Origin: Rotaria socialis
Lineage: Eukaryota
Length of the DNA: 64,000 nucleotides
Direction of reading: 5' to 3'
Assembly (NCBI GenBank): GCA_905331295.1
Contig: CAJNYD010000375.1
Location: 1 to 64,000 of the forward strand
The notes beneath the pieces are model-generated. The model was not told the origin of the DNA. It made no database searches and saw only the letters and a list, made by a program, of their open reading frames with translations. Below, piece after piece: positions 38,501 through 51,300 of this stretch (positions within the stretch are counted from its first letter, which is position 1; every line of letters begins with the position of its first letter). Position numbers and translations under genes: made by a program.

Positions 38501-41500
38501 GTTTAACTTTCAACAAAATGTTTATTCAATAAACATCATATTTTTATAAAGTTCAAATTCCTTTTAGATGTTTCTAATACTGAAATGAATCTAGTTCCAC
38601 TTAATATTTTGTAAAAAGAATCGAAACGTTGTTTCCTCATTATTTTTTTTTTCAAGTCTAAAATCAGAATCGGAAATATAATTGCAGTTCTGAATAACTT
38701 TTGGAAACGTTGCATTCCACCTACCCTTCCCGACAAATCTTAACTATAAACGATTTTTTTCTACATACATCAAGTACTCGATTAATTTTGAATATTCTCA
38801 TTGTGAGAAAACTTGTATGATACTATTTCAATAAACTAAATACACGTACGTTAACTGATAGATACCATGAGAGAAGAACTAATTTAAAGAATTAAAATAT
38901 TCAAAGAACAGTAATCAACAGATATATGACTCATTTAGATCGTTAAAAAAAAGAAGATTCTCATACGATTGCATCTATAATAATGACTTATGTAAAAATA
39001 TATGCGAAAAAACGGAGAGTTTTGTCCACGATCATTGATAAATAGTCAAATTAAATAGAAAATAAAGTAAAGAAATTCAACCTGTCGAACAGTATGTGGT
39101 AACGGAATTGGTAGAAGTTCCGTTAGAAGACATAAACCACTAGTGATCGAATATGGAAAAAGTGTTGTTAAACGTAGAATTTCTCGAAGAACTAATGTCC
39201 AAGAACAATTTTGAACACTTACTAATATTATAAATAGACAAAAAGAAAGTATAGAAGTAATATAAGAAGAAAAATAGAAAAACATACTTTGTTCACTATC
39301 CAATTGATTTGACCAAGGGTAAGCAAGAAAAGAATCAATCAAATTCGATCGAATAATATCAACGTCAGCTAGTTCAGTTGAAGGTGATGCACAAAGCGTT
39401 ACAGTATAAATTGAAAAAAGTGCATGCACAGGTGTTATATCAACAAACTGTATAAAGAAATCATACATGCATCAGTAATAAAATAATAATAAAAATATTT
39501 CAAACAAACTTTAGTTTTTCGATCAAGAGCTAATTTTTGTACAAGTGTTTTAAAAATGATTAATGCTGGAATAAGTATTCCATATGTTAAAATTCGATCA
39601 GGTATACTTAGTGGTGCACCTATTTGCCACGTGCGTAATAATGTTCCTGCGCACTTCTATTTTTCATTCAAAGAAGAAAATATAAATAAACTTAATTTAA
39701 AAATATTAAAAGAAAATAAATAGTTTACTTCAAGAATACTAATTAATAATGAGTAAATTCCATGATGATATAATTTTAATAATATATAATCATATTTCAG
39801 TTCGACTTTTGCTCCAACAATAAATTGATTTTCAGGTGGTATAGATAAATATTGAACAATACGTAGAAGAGTTATAAGACCTGGTGAAAATTCTCCTGAA
39901 TTATTCGATTCATTGATTTGATTTTTTATTTCATTAATAAGATTCTCAGCTGTTTCTTGCGTATAATCAAATGTTTTGATTTTTAATAATGGAGAAAACC
40001 AATGTCGCAAACGAATTAATCGCTGATTTGAGTCTATAATAAATTCGCAAACATTATTTACTGTATATAATAAAAAGCAATTCAGATAAAGTAGAGTACA
40101 TACGTTTTTCACAAAGATCAAGTAAACGAAGACCATATTGTTCTAGTAATAGAATAGAATCCGATGTTGCAAATAATTCATAAACGATGCGTGCTACATA
40201 ACGTGTTTGAACACTAGTTTTTATTAGTTCAATATTTCCTATTAAATAAATTAGACACATAACAAAATTGTTAGCATAATTTGCCAGAGTTAAAATGTGA
40301 AACACGCTATAGAAAATGTTGCTAACCATAAAAATATATATTAATCAGTCGTTTCCTGAAGTCTACATAGATCCATTAAGTAATTCGTATTTGTTTTTGT
40401 AAATAAGACATCATCGTTTGTATGATAGTTTACTATAGAGATTTGTTCCGGTATTTGACTTTCCTACGCGCATTTCTGTCACAAAATATGGGAGAGACTA
40501 TTTTCTTATAAAATCAACAACATTTTTACATCGTGTTTCACACAATTAAAATTAATAAAACAAAAAAAGACAGAACTAACCAGATAATTCAATAAAATGT
40601 AGTAATGGAAGAAAATTTGATTCCATAGCAATAACTCGAACAATTATTCGACGTTTACTCGATAATTTTCTTACATAATGGTGAAATAAAATTAATGACA
40701 AAAGACAATGAAGCACTTGTAAAACATCTTTATTATCGAGTTCTAAATCATCTTTCATACTAAGTAGTTTTAATTCATCGATATAGCTTAATGTCTGAAA
40801 TGCACACATCAATTGTGGACCAACTGGATCATTATTAATATCTTCAAATTTTGTTTCCTACGATAGAAGAAAAAACACTAGAATTAGACTCTATCATAAT
40901 CTATGTAGAAAAAAGATTCTTACAGCAAAATAAAGAGCTTTTAACAAAAAATTTGGTGTTGATATTTGATTAGCAAGATAAATTAAGCCATCAAATGAAT
41001 TTAAAAATTCTCTTAGAATATCTTCTATTATATTGAATAGATCTTGTCGTTGATTTAATACACATAGATGGATAAGAACAGTTAGAGATTTAAGAAAATC
41101 ATTATCCATCATCAGACGTAAGATTGATGGCCATGGGTTTTCTTTATTTGAAACTTTTGAATAAACAACTGGAACAATAGATTGAAACGGCGCTATACGA
41201 AAAGATTTTTCTTGAGAAATAAGATCAACAGCGTTAATCAAAATATCTCGAATAGTTGAAAGAGATATAAGAAGTTGATCAAAAATTAGTTTTCGATCAT
41301 TTGCTAATGATGGAGATTCGTCCGATGATAAACTTAAAAAGAAAAAATATAAAAACAAATTAAACAAGAAGAAAACTATTTGAGTTGATCTTGATACGTT
41401 TTAATTTGTGATTGAAATAAGTGAAATTCTTCACCAAGATGAATTTTTCTTAGTAGACAACTAATCAATGTTATTAATTGTTTCAACTAAGACAAACGAT

Positions 41501-44500
41501 AAAAACAAATAAAATCATATATACTCAATGAATATTTACTTCGTTTCCACTTTGTAATTTTTGTATTAAACGAAAATACGGTGATCCACGAGTTTCTGAT
41601 GAAAAACCGGAATGTTGACCTGAAAAATATATCGAATAAAACATTGTTTTTCTTTCAATATGAAATTTTACCAGTAAACCAAAGGAAACCCGATTTAAAA
41701 AACAAACTTTGATCAAGAACTTTTACAATAAGTAGTTTTATTGATGGTGAAATGCATTCATTATCATATAAATCTAACAATTTTGAATGATAATCACTTT
41801 TCTAAATGAACGAAAAAGAAAAAAAAACAATTCAATATTCGATCCTTTACGAAAGTAGATAAAATGGCACATACAATCCAGTCATTGGATATATCTTCTG
41901 TGAGTACACTTAAATGTCCACATAAGCGAATGCCACATTTTATTAATCGAATTTTAAGTAATGTATCTTTCAAGTCAGTAAATTGTTTTGCCATAACATA
42001 CTCAACATTTATTAATTTATGTGCCCAATCGGTAAGACGTTGAACAGCTAATACTACATAAGCAATCAAAACAATAAATTTATCAATGTATGTAGCATTA
42101 TTATGTTAATACAAAAAAAAAAACTTTAAATATGATATTTCTAGAAGACTAACTAGTTCTTTTCAAATAAGAATCGAACACTAAGAAAACGTCCTTTTTT
42201 ATTCTTTCTGATTCGCAGAAATTTTCTAGTTTTCTACTAGTGATCTTGTTTAAGGTTGCTTTATTATTATTAGCTGAAGTCTGCCGCATATACTCATTAT
42301 ATATACAGCAGGTATCAATACTTCATTTTATATTACGATAAGCTCACATTCACTAATACAAATCGTTGTACTAAATTGCCCGTTGTTTTGTTTTCACGTA
42401 AATCCTATGAGGATTGTCATAAATCAAGACATTGCTACTCATCATCTTTAACATTTTGAATACAGATTTTAATCTTCGTAAAACTTAAAAAATGGCACTC
42501 TTCAAAATATGGGTTAACATACTCCAGTTATTTAACTATTGATTAAACCTGTCAATAATTTTCAAGCAAATAAAATATTTTCTTCCAGTGAGATACAAAC
42601 CCCTCACTGTAGTAGTTTTTTCTTATTCAAGAAACGTACTCGATGACAGTTGATCTTTTTTCCTTGTTCCACGGTTGCTACGAAGAGAGAGCCTCTCAAT
42701 TCTGACGTCAAACTTTATATATACTGTACTTATTTGACAAAGTATAATGTAAGTTCTTCGAAGCGAATAAAACCTAATGCGATTTCCTACCTAGTTCTTC
42801 ATCTGAATCCAAACAAGCCAGGGCAATAGGTAACATTGTGCACATCAATTCTAATGATTCGAGAAATCTACAATGAACAAGTAAAGAAATAAATTGAAGA
42901 AGAAAACTAAATTGAATGCAGTAGACACTTACGTAATATCACAACGATCAATTGATGTATGTGAAAGTAATTTACGAAAATGAAGAACAAGTTCTTCATT
43001 GGCACTACGGTATTTTTCATGATGAGCTTTTTCACACTCAATTTCATAAGATGTTTTCGTGGCTGAATGGAATGTCTAAGTAACAAAAGAAAAAGTAAAC
43101 ATTGCTTTATGCTATTCAAGTCAAATTTTCAGTCATTTTTATCTTTACTTGAAGAGTAGTAACACGTGTTGATCCACGAGTATTGTATAATGCATCATGC
43201 TACAAAAAAAAAATATTTATGTATATATATATATATATATATATATCAGCATAAGATAATGATCATGATGTTTTTTTTGAATTCTACAATTTTGTATTCG
43301 ACTATATTTCTTAAATAATCTCTTTAAAAAACGTTTACTTTTCATATTTCTATGTGCTAAACGTTTCATACTTTAAATTTTTGTTGTTCATCTTCGTTAA
43401 ATAATAGACCATGAACACTTGATGTTTCACTTTCCGATGTATTATCATCCGACATGTATGCATCAGCATCCTAGAATAAAATATTGTTCAATAGAAATAG
43501 AATTGCTAATGTGATACATACATTTGGAGTTTGTTGTTGATTATGGCTACCGCTATTTGATAAAAGTGTAAAATTATCTTGTGTTCGCCGAGAATTATCG
43601 CCGATGCATGAGGGATGAAGAAATTGACGATCTTCATCTTTTCGAATACTACTATGCATAGGCTGATTTGAATATGACAAATGAGAAAATGTCGATGGCA
43701 TTATTGGAATGGCATTTGGATTTTGAATTGAATTTGAATCATCATTCATCTGATCTGACATATCTATTTGAGAAATAGATGATTGAATAGTAAATTCGAT
43801 ATATATCTAAAAAAAGTTACTAGGACGATATTGTATTGATGTGGTAGAAACTCTTGTGTATTTGTCATCCATTTCATCAAGTGGTTTATTATCTCCATGT
43901 GAATAATCCCTAAAGAAAACAAGTTTGGAAATATACAAAACAATTTAAGATATTTTTACATACGATGAAGAATAACCAGTACGTGTTGGTGGTCGTGAAC
44001 TAAAATTTGATGCAGATTGGGATCGGCTCGATGATGATTGTTGCTGTTGTTGTGAATCATCGATACGATTCGAGGAATACGTTTGTTGAGAAGATTGATG
44101 ACTGTAATCATGTAGGTGCTCGTCTAAAATGAAGCAAAGATACAGTTCAACGATACATAGGGTATTATTTTTCATCTTACCATTAAGACGTGATTGTGTT
44201 TGTCCAACAAAGTTTGCTGATGTTCGTTGTGATGATACGTGTGAAAAATTTTGTGCCACCTGTGGTTGTCTTGTTGGTTGTTCAGGTGGAGCAACCCAAA
44301 CACCATCGGCATGAACTGCTGGCGATGCAGAAACCTTGTCGATAACCGATGAATTTTGCGCATGTTGTTGAACCACAAATGTAGTAGGAGTCGTATTTGG
44401 TGGTGGAGCCATAGCTAACGATAAGGTATCCATCGGATGAACACGATGAGGTTGAGCTGACTGTAGAAATTCGACAATTTGTCTGGTATTGTTGGGTGGG

Positions 44501-45252
44501 TCGTGTCGAGGAGGCTATATAAAGAGTAACCATAAATATTTGTAACTTTTTTAATATTGAAAAAAAAACAGGCTTGTTCACTTACTGGAGACTTTGGACG
44601 AGCTAGAACACCAACAATAGCCAGTGTTAGAGTGTCATATTTTCCCTTAATAATCATCGAGTCCGTTGGTATCTAAAGATGAGAAATAATGATAGGCTTT
44701 AATATAAACTGATTATATGGTTAGTTTTTGAAGTTTACCGAAGTCGATGGATTGTAAACTATATCGTTTTCATCACGAAAAACTTTTCTATATTGTAATA
44801 AAAAATAAATATATTATTTTTCAACAAGAATATGTTTTTATCTTACTTTCCAAGTCGTCGATATCTCACTCTATCACGATTAGAACGTACATTTAGATTT
44901 TTTCCAAAAAATTCTAATTCGCATGGCATTGGTTTTGTTGCTCTTTGAAGTTTAAAAAAAAAAGAAAATAAATAAATAAATAAATATCATGACAAGCTCT
45001 TTCAATTCTTTCCTACCCAATACGTGTAGATGATTTTTCCAAACCAGCCACATTATGGCCAGCTGGTAATACACGAATTTCATCAATATATACTGGTTGA
45101 TCAAATTTGATTTCATCTACTTGAAGAACCTAGAAAAATAAATTGAAGAATAAGCTAATATGACATATGAGCATATTTCACAAAACCTGCTCGATTTCTC
45201 CATCATGAGCAATTGTATCAAAGAAAAGGATTTCTTGTTGAGATGAACTCAT
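32545..45252 (-). CDS. VIRMA: Protein virilizer homolog (m6A writer complex subunit), multi-exon
   Basis: VIR_N domain EILFFDTIAH...|VDEIKFDQPVYIDEIRVLP...|IPTDSMIIKGKYDTLTLAIVG. Central LLTELLPIPLP and VLRRLCMQLIDL. C-terminal FRNRPLNTSRPPSMHVDEF. Confidence 0.93.
33563..33640 (-). repeat. (AAT)n trinucleotide repeat encoding a poly-Asn tract in VIRMA
   Basis: (ATT)n on the + strand; translated as NNNN... in the VIRMA frame. Confidence 0.9.
35278..35565. mobile_element. 288-bp MITE, CCCAGGTCG-ended family, in a VIRMA intron
   Basis: Perfect 9-bp TIR cccaggtcg/cgacctggg, preceded by TA. GC-rich with an internal inverted repeat. Homologous to the copies at 17772 and 45884. Confidence 0.85.
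43219..43246. repeat. (AT)n microsatellite in a VIRMA intron
   Basis: Read directly. Similar tracts occur near 6258 and 60270. Confidence 0.85.
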
Positions 45253-45883
45253 CGTTTTTGTATTGTTAACATCTGAAAATTTTAAGGAACTATGAGCACA
45301 AGAATATTTTTTAAATCTTATTCAGTTTCATTTACGCATGCACTCTTCTCTTGTCTCTATTTTATTATGACAAATGAGCCAATTGATCATTGGTCAACAG
45401 TTCAAACCATTTTCAACACGATAATAGTATGATGCTGGTAACCTGAGACATCTATCAAAGATGCTTGTTGGCAGCCGCATATTAAAAAAGCGTCAACTAC
45501 GATAGCAATAGATTGATTTAGAAAAAAATGAATCGAAATTAGTAACTAAATTGAATGTCATCAAGAAAATTGTTATGGTAAGTGAACTTTTGCTTAGTCT
45601 GTCTCTTTCTCACAACTGAGTTCAATTAAAATAGATCACGTCTTAACTCTTCCATGTGTTAGAATGATAAAACACAATATTATTTCTTAGGAACAGATGG
45701 TCTTATAATAATAAACTTGTCTATGTCGCATATAGCTACCTCTAGCATCATATATTGGTGTAGATTCATTCGGATATAGTAGTTCTATTACCAGTTTTTA
45801 AAGTCTGATGAGAGATTCTCTTCGTTTTTCAATCTTTATCTTTTATTAATATCTTGGCACGTAAAGCTACGAAAAAGCCTATA

Positions 45884-46168
45884 CTCAGGTCAATGGTCCC
45901 GGAGAACGGATACTGCAGGAACAAACAGGAAAATGCGGGAAAGACCACCGTATCGTGCAGGAAAACATTGGAAATCGAAGGAATCGGAAGCAGTATTCTG
46001 GCCGGAAATTTTCCGGTAATTTTCCAATGGATTCCTGCCTGAAAGCACAGGAAATCGCTGGGAATTCACAGGAAAATTTTCGAAAATTTCAGACCGAAAT
46101 ACTGCTTCCACGTTCCAGTGATTTCCGATGTTTTCCTGCCGTTTCCCGCCGTACGAGTTCGACCTGGG
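45884..46168. mobile_element. 285-bp MITE, CCCAGGTCG-ended family, flanked by TA
   Basis: TA|ctcaggtca ... cgacctggg|TA. Long internal inverted repeat (ggaaaacattggaaatc...ggaagcagtattctggccggaaattttcc versus aaaatttcagaccgaaatactgcttcc...gatttccgatgttttcc). Confidence 0.85.
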
Positions 46169-47327
46169 TACGGTAGACAACACCATGATACTACTCTCAG
46201 ATATGGTGAACAGAAATTGATTTTTAGTTAGTTTGTGTACTAGTCAACGGATAAACTCAACGGCCTACGTATATATAACTATCAATTATCAGTATTGTTT
46301 GGGTATTTTTCTTCTACTTTACTCAATAATTGTTTGTTGGCCTAAATTTGGTGGAAAAAAAAACAAGCAAATTTTTGGCATATATGGTAATAGAGGCCGA
46401 GTAGAAAAAACGCACAAAATTATGATCGTACGTATTCATATCCGGAAAAAAAGATAAGAAAGAGATTTCTGTTTTTCATTAGTGAAAGACAAAAATATCT
46501 TGTATTGATATAACAATATACAAATGTAAATATAAATCATGGTATACTATGAAATTCTATCATTGAAAGATTTCTTATACTCTGAAATGAAAGTAGAACC
46601 TATTCTTTAAAAATAAAAATCATTTGATTTTGAAGAGATCCGAGAGAAAGAGAAAAACAAGGATATAGCTAATGATAAATGATAGATTTCAATAGAAAAC
46701 CATACAGGGATACGTTTCATCGTTTGCCTACAAGTTTCTTTTGCTTTTATGAAGCAGCATACAAAAAAAAGAATAAACGATTATTAAAATATCATCAAAA
46801 AAAGAATGTAGTACATTTATTTGAGACTTGACGTAGATTTGATACAAAAAAACATGTAAGCAATTTTACCCAGCTGTTTGAATATAGGAAAATCTTTGTA
46901 ATCATAAACATAGTGATTAATTATCACATATAATGTCTCTAAAACTCATCGTCATTACATTGTCAGATATAAAGTATAGATTAAATTCTCGACACTCACA
47001 ATGGCCATTCAGAAGAAAGCAAACAGCGTTATCGTAGCTGTCCATACAAGTAATGTTGTCAATATTGCATTAACAAAATAACCGACTCTGATTTTCTATC
47101 TAAATTGAAGTACAACAGGGAAAATTATTCTCGTATGAACATTTCATTTACGTAAATTGAAACATTTTACACTACTGTATGTTGATAATTTCGACAATGT
47201 AATTGATTTTGAATTTTTCTCATTACTCAGTTACCATGACGATGTGATGCATGGATGAATAAATATTAAAAAAACGAAACCATTCAGTGGTAATCTTCCC
47301 ATAAGTCTTGTAAACAACACGTATCAA

Positions 47328-47399
47328 GCCTCTATAGCTCAGTGGTAGAGCGCCAGTCTTGTAAACTGGAGGTCCGTAGTTCGATCCTGCGTGGAGGCA
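47328..47399 (+). tRNA. tRNA-Thr (anticodon TGT)
   Basis: Cloverleaf: acceptor GCCTCTA/TGGAGGC, D-arm GCTC-AGTGGTA-GAGC, anticodon arm CCAGT-CTTGTAA-ACTGG, T-arm CGTAG-TTCGATC-CTGCG. A and B boxes are intact. Confidence 0.97.
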
Positions 47400-47403
47400 T
47401 TCC

Positions 47404-47411
47404 TTTTTTTT
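47404..47411 (+). terminator. RNA polymerase III oligo-T terminator of tRNA-Thr
   Basis: T-run immediately after the discriminator base. Confidence 0.8.
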
Positions 47412-48374
47412 CTCTATTATTCTTGTCTTTCTACGTATGTATGTAGATAAAGAACTGCAACTATGTTTATCTTACTGCTTGACTAATTTTAAGCATTGTG
47501 ACTTAATAAAACAGTGCAGCATCGACTGAAGAGATTCGTTGTAAAACCAAACGTAATACTATTCAAATAATTAGTAATCATTCTTCTGGAAACTGCATCA
47601 ATACAAAAGCTTTTTATCTAGTCAATCCAATTTTGTAGCTATAATATATCTGCTCAATTTTTTTTCTTCTTTAATTCATTCAAAAAGTTGAAACTATTGA
47701 GCGTTTGTTCAACAATGTATTGTTTTGCTTAGATTTTTCTATGGAATGCTTTATTGTTTCAATATTTTAACACAATTTTCTGTGTTTCATCTTTTATGTC
47801 AATATCAACTATTTCAAATGGAGTAGAATGCAAAGAAAAACGAATCTACAATATTTTAAAATTCTCCATCGCGAAGTAATGATTTTCTGAAAGCTGCAAA
47901 ATTAATTGTATCGAATTGTTAAATAAATATAGTAATCATGCATGCATCCTTCAAAAATAGAAATGAAAATTTTCAACATTATCAGCATAAATGAGATCGT
48001 AAAACGTTGAAATGAAAAATCACGAAGATAAATTCAAGTGCAATAATATCATTGGGTGCTTCTTTTTAACTTCAGAAGACTGATATTCAGCTATAATAAA
48101 ATATTCAATATAGATATTTGACGATATCTATTACAGGGAACCTTTTTCAAGCTCACAATACTATCATATTAAACCACAAAGTGAAATGTATTAGTGCTAA
48201 TCATATTTATTTGTCTATACTTATCAGATGATGCGTAGAGAAAACCACAGCAACATGTAAACAACTAATCAATCAAGAAAATAAAGAAGACAAGACAAAC
48301 GTTCGACATTCACCATAGAATAGAGAGGAAAAGACCATACACAAGAACACATTTATATCTGTGTTACGAGGGTT

Positions 48375-51300
48375 TTAACGTGGACGAACAGAGCTACTGC
48401 GAACCATGGAGACAGCTCGTGCAGCAGTTGACTCACGGTAATCATCCTAAAGAAAACAAGCATGACATGTAAAGCATCAGTTTTTCAAAGACAATGAGCT
48501 CACAGCTGATGTAGTACGATTGGCACTAACTGTCGAACGATTTTTAGCGCGTAATTTGCTCAATTGATTTTCAGCAACATCGGCACGTTCAGCTGAGTCC
48601 TCTGTAAATAAAAGACATAACATTTGTATCTAATGCTCATCGTCAATTTAAACAGCCTACCGAGATCTGCTTGAGCTTTTCGATATTTGGCTAGATTAAG
48701 TGCTGCAATTTCTTCTAGAATAAGAAAAAACAAATTCCCATTGAAAATACATCCGAATAGATCAATTTCTTTTACTACTCACCAGCTTCTTCAACTTGAC
48801 GTTTGTATACTTTGATTTTGTTCTGTAATTTCTCTGTGAGATCTTGTAAGCGTAATTGGTTCTTGCGATCTTCTTCAATTTGGAATACAAGTTCTTTCAA
48901 ACGTCGGTCGTTCTTACGTAATTCCTTGATTGTTTCTTGATGACGATGTTGTTCCATTTCATTTTCACTCTCTAATTCATGAATCTAAGTGTAATCAATT
49001 AAATATATATATATATAAAAGAAGTACGAATTTTTATTTAAATATGACGTACACGTTGTTCGAGTTTAGCAATGATACGTTTGCCTCCTTTAAGTACATT
49101 GCCTTCAGCTTCATCGAGACGTGTTTGGAGATCTTTGACTTGTTGTTCAAGACCTTTTCGTAGTCGTTCAACATTGATTGAATGCTCTTGTTCTCTACGT
49201 AATTCTTCAGCGAGCCGAGTAGTATCTGCCTCTGAAATAAACAACATAGAATACTATTTATGATATTTTCTTCTATCGCACTTACCAGCTCTCTTGCAGC
49301 GTTCTTCGACATTTTTCAATTCAGCTACAGCTTCATCCAAATCGGATTGCATAGCAGTTACTGCTGATTCAAGTTGTCGTCGTTGTGAAGATAAATTAGC
49401 ATTGTGTGTGCTGACTTCACTAATTCGATCAGCCGCTTCATGTAATTCACATTCGGCAGCTTTACGTGCTCGTTCAGCTTGTTCTAAAGCTGTTCGTAAC
49501 TCTTCAAGTTCGCCTATGATGAGATTAGCGCGACGTTCAGCTGATGCAGCTGCTTCACGAGCTTCATCACGTTGTTGTTGTTCATGTTCGACTTGGGATT
49601 GTAATTCAGCTACTGTTTGTTGTAATCTTTTGAGTGATTTTTGTAAATCAGTATTTGTACGATTTGAATGATCTAATGCAGATTCGAGTTCATTGATGTC
49701 TGATTCGAGTTTCTTTTTCTGAAAGGAAAAATATAAGTCATCAACAAACGAATTGATAAAAATAGTATTTCTCTTTTTTCATGCCTGCTTAAGAGCTTCG
49801 GCTTTCGCTCGGGTTTCTGCTTCCAAACTGGCTTGCATTGATTCGATAGAACGTGCATGATTGCGTCGAGTAGTTTCGAATTCTTCCTCTTTTTCATGAA
49901 TACGTCGGTCAATTTCTTGACGAATAGTGCTCAATTCCATTTGAGAACGAAGTACTTTAGCTTCTTCCTGTTCGAGTGCTGATTCAGCTTCTTCCAGTGC
50001 AAGTTGAATTTCTTCCTTTTCTAATTCAGCACGTTTGCGAGCTTTGTCTATTTCGTGTAATCTATCAAAATAAAATTCGTATAATTTATTTCGATCACTT
50101 TTTTGCTTTGCTGACATATCATCATTCGGATGGTTCGCTCGATGTGTTTTAGATGTAATCTAGAGAAACATCTCACTGACTTAGACTCTGAAATAATTTT
50201 CAATTATGAGCAAACATTTATATTTCGAACACATTTTACAGCTATTATTAAACATATACTTGAGAAACTTTAGTATTAATAAACACATGATGATTTACTT
50301 ATACAGTTTTATCCCTTTAGAATTGCTCGGTTTGCACTCTCTTTAATGGATGATTTCTCTGTCTATTTTGTAGTGATGTAAATTAGGAGGTGTACACTTA
50401 CCCCTTTCCGCCATCGGACAATTGATCAGTAAGATCCTAAACAAAATGAAAATAAATATATATGCCATGTAGATCATATGTTTTACCTTAATTTCATCAG
50501 CCAAATTTTTATTTTCTTTACGAAGAGCTTCAATCTGTTCGTGTGACTCTTCGTATTGGCCTCTAATTTTGAATAATTCTGTTGAGAATTGACGTGCTTC
50601 TTTTTGTGAAGTCTCCAATTCGACTGTAATATCTTCACATTTTTGTTTCCATTCATTAATAAGTTTATCAAATTGTTTTTGTTTTTTATCCATAGTTGAA
50701 GCATCTTTACGATGGGAAGAAATTATTTGTTATACATTATGTTTATCTTTATTTGATTTACTTACTAGCATTAGCACGTTCGACATCAACCATCAAATCT
50801 TCGACTTCACCTTGTAAACGAGCTTTGACTTTCTCTAATGCATTACATTTTGATAAAGCTGCTTCAACTTGTTCTTCAGCTTCTGATAATTTGGCTGCTA
50901 ATTTACGTTTTGCTTCTTCAAGTTCTTCAGCACGAGCCATACCTATTTATAAGAATTACAATGCTAGAAATAGAATAGTACTATTTATAAACCTTCAGAT
51001 TCATAACGTGATCGCCATTGTTGAACTTCAGTACTGAGTTTAGTTACTTGTCGTTGCAGTTCAACTTTACCCTCTTGTTCTTCTTCGAGTTGCTCACGTG
51101 CTTGATCAAGATCAGCCGTTAAGTTACGCAATTGAGAAGCTAACAAATTAAAAATGCATATCCTATTTAAATCATATTCAAGTGTAGTGACTTACCAATA
51201 GAACCTTTACCACGTAATTCTTCATCGATTATGCGTTGGGCTTCACCCAATTGTTGTTGTAATTGTATTTTAGTTTTTGTAAGAGCACTTACTTGATGTT

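Noticed and set aside
47009..47223. Possible two-exon minus-strand micropeptide ending KIRVGYFVNAILTTLLVWTATITLFAFF*
   Set aside because: The splice choice is ambiguous, and hydrophobic stretches arise easily in AT-rich DNA. No homology support.
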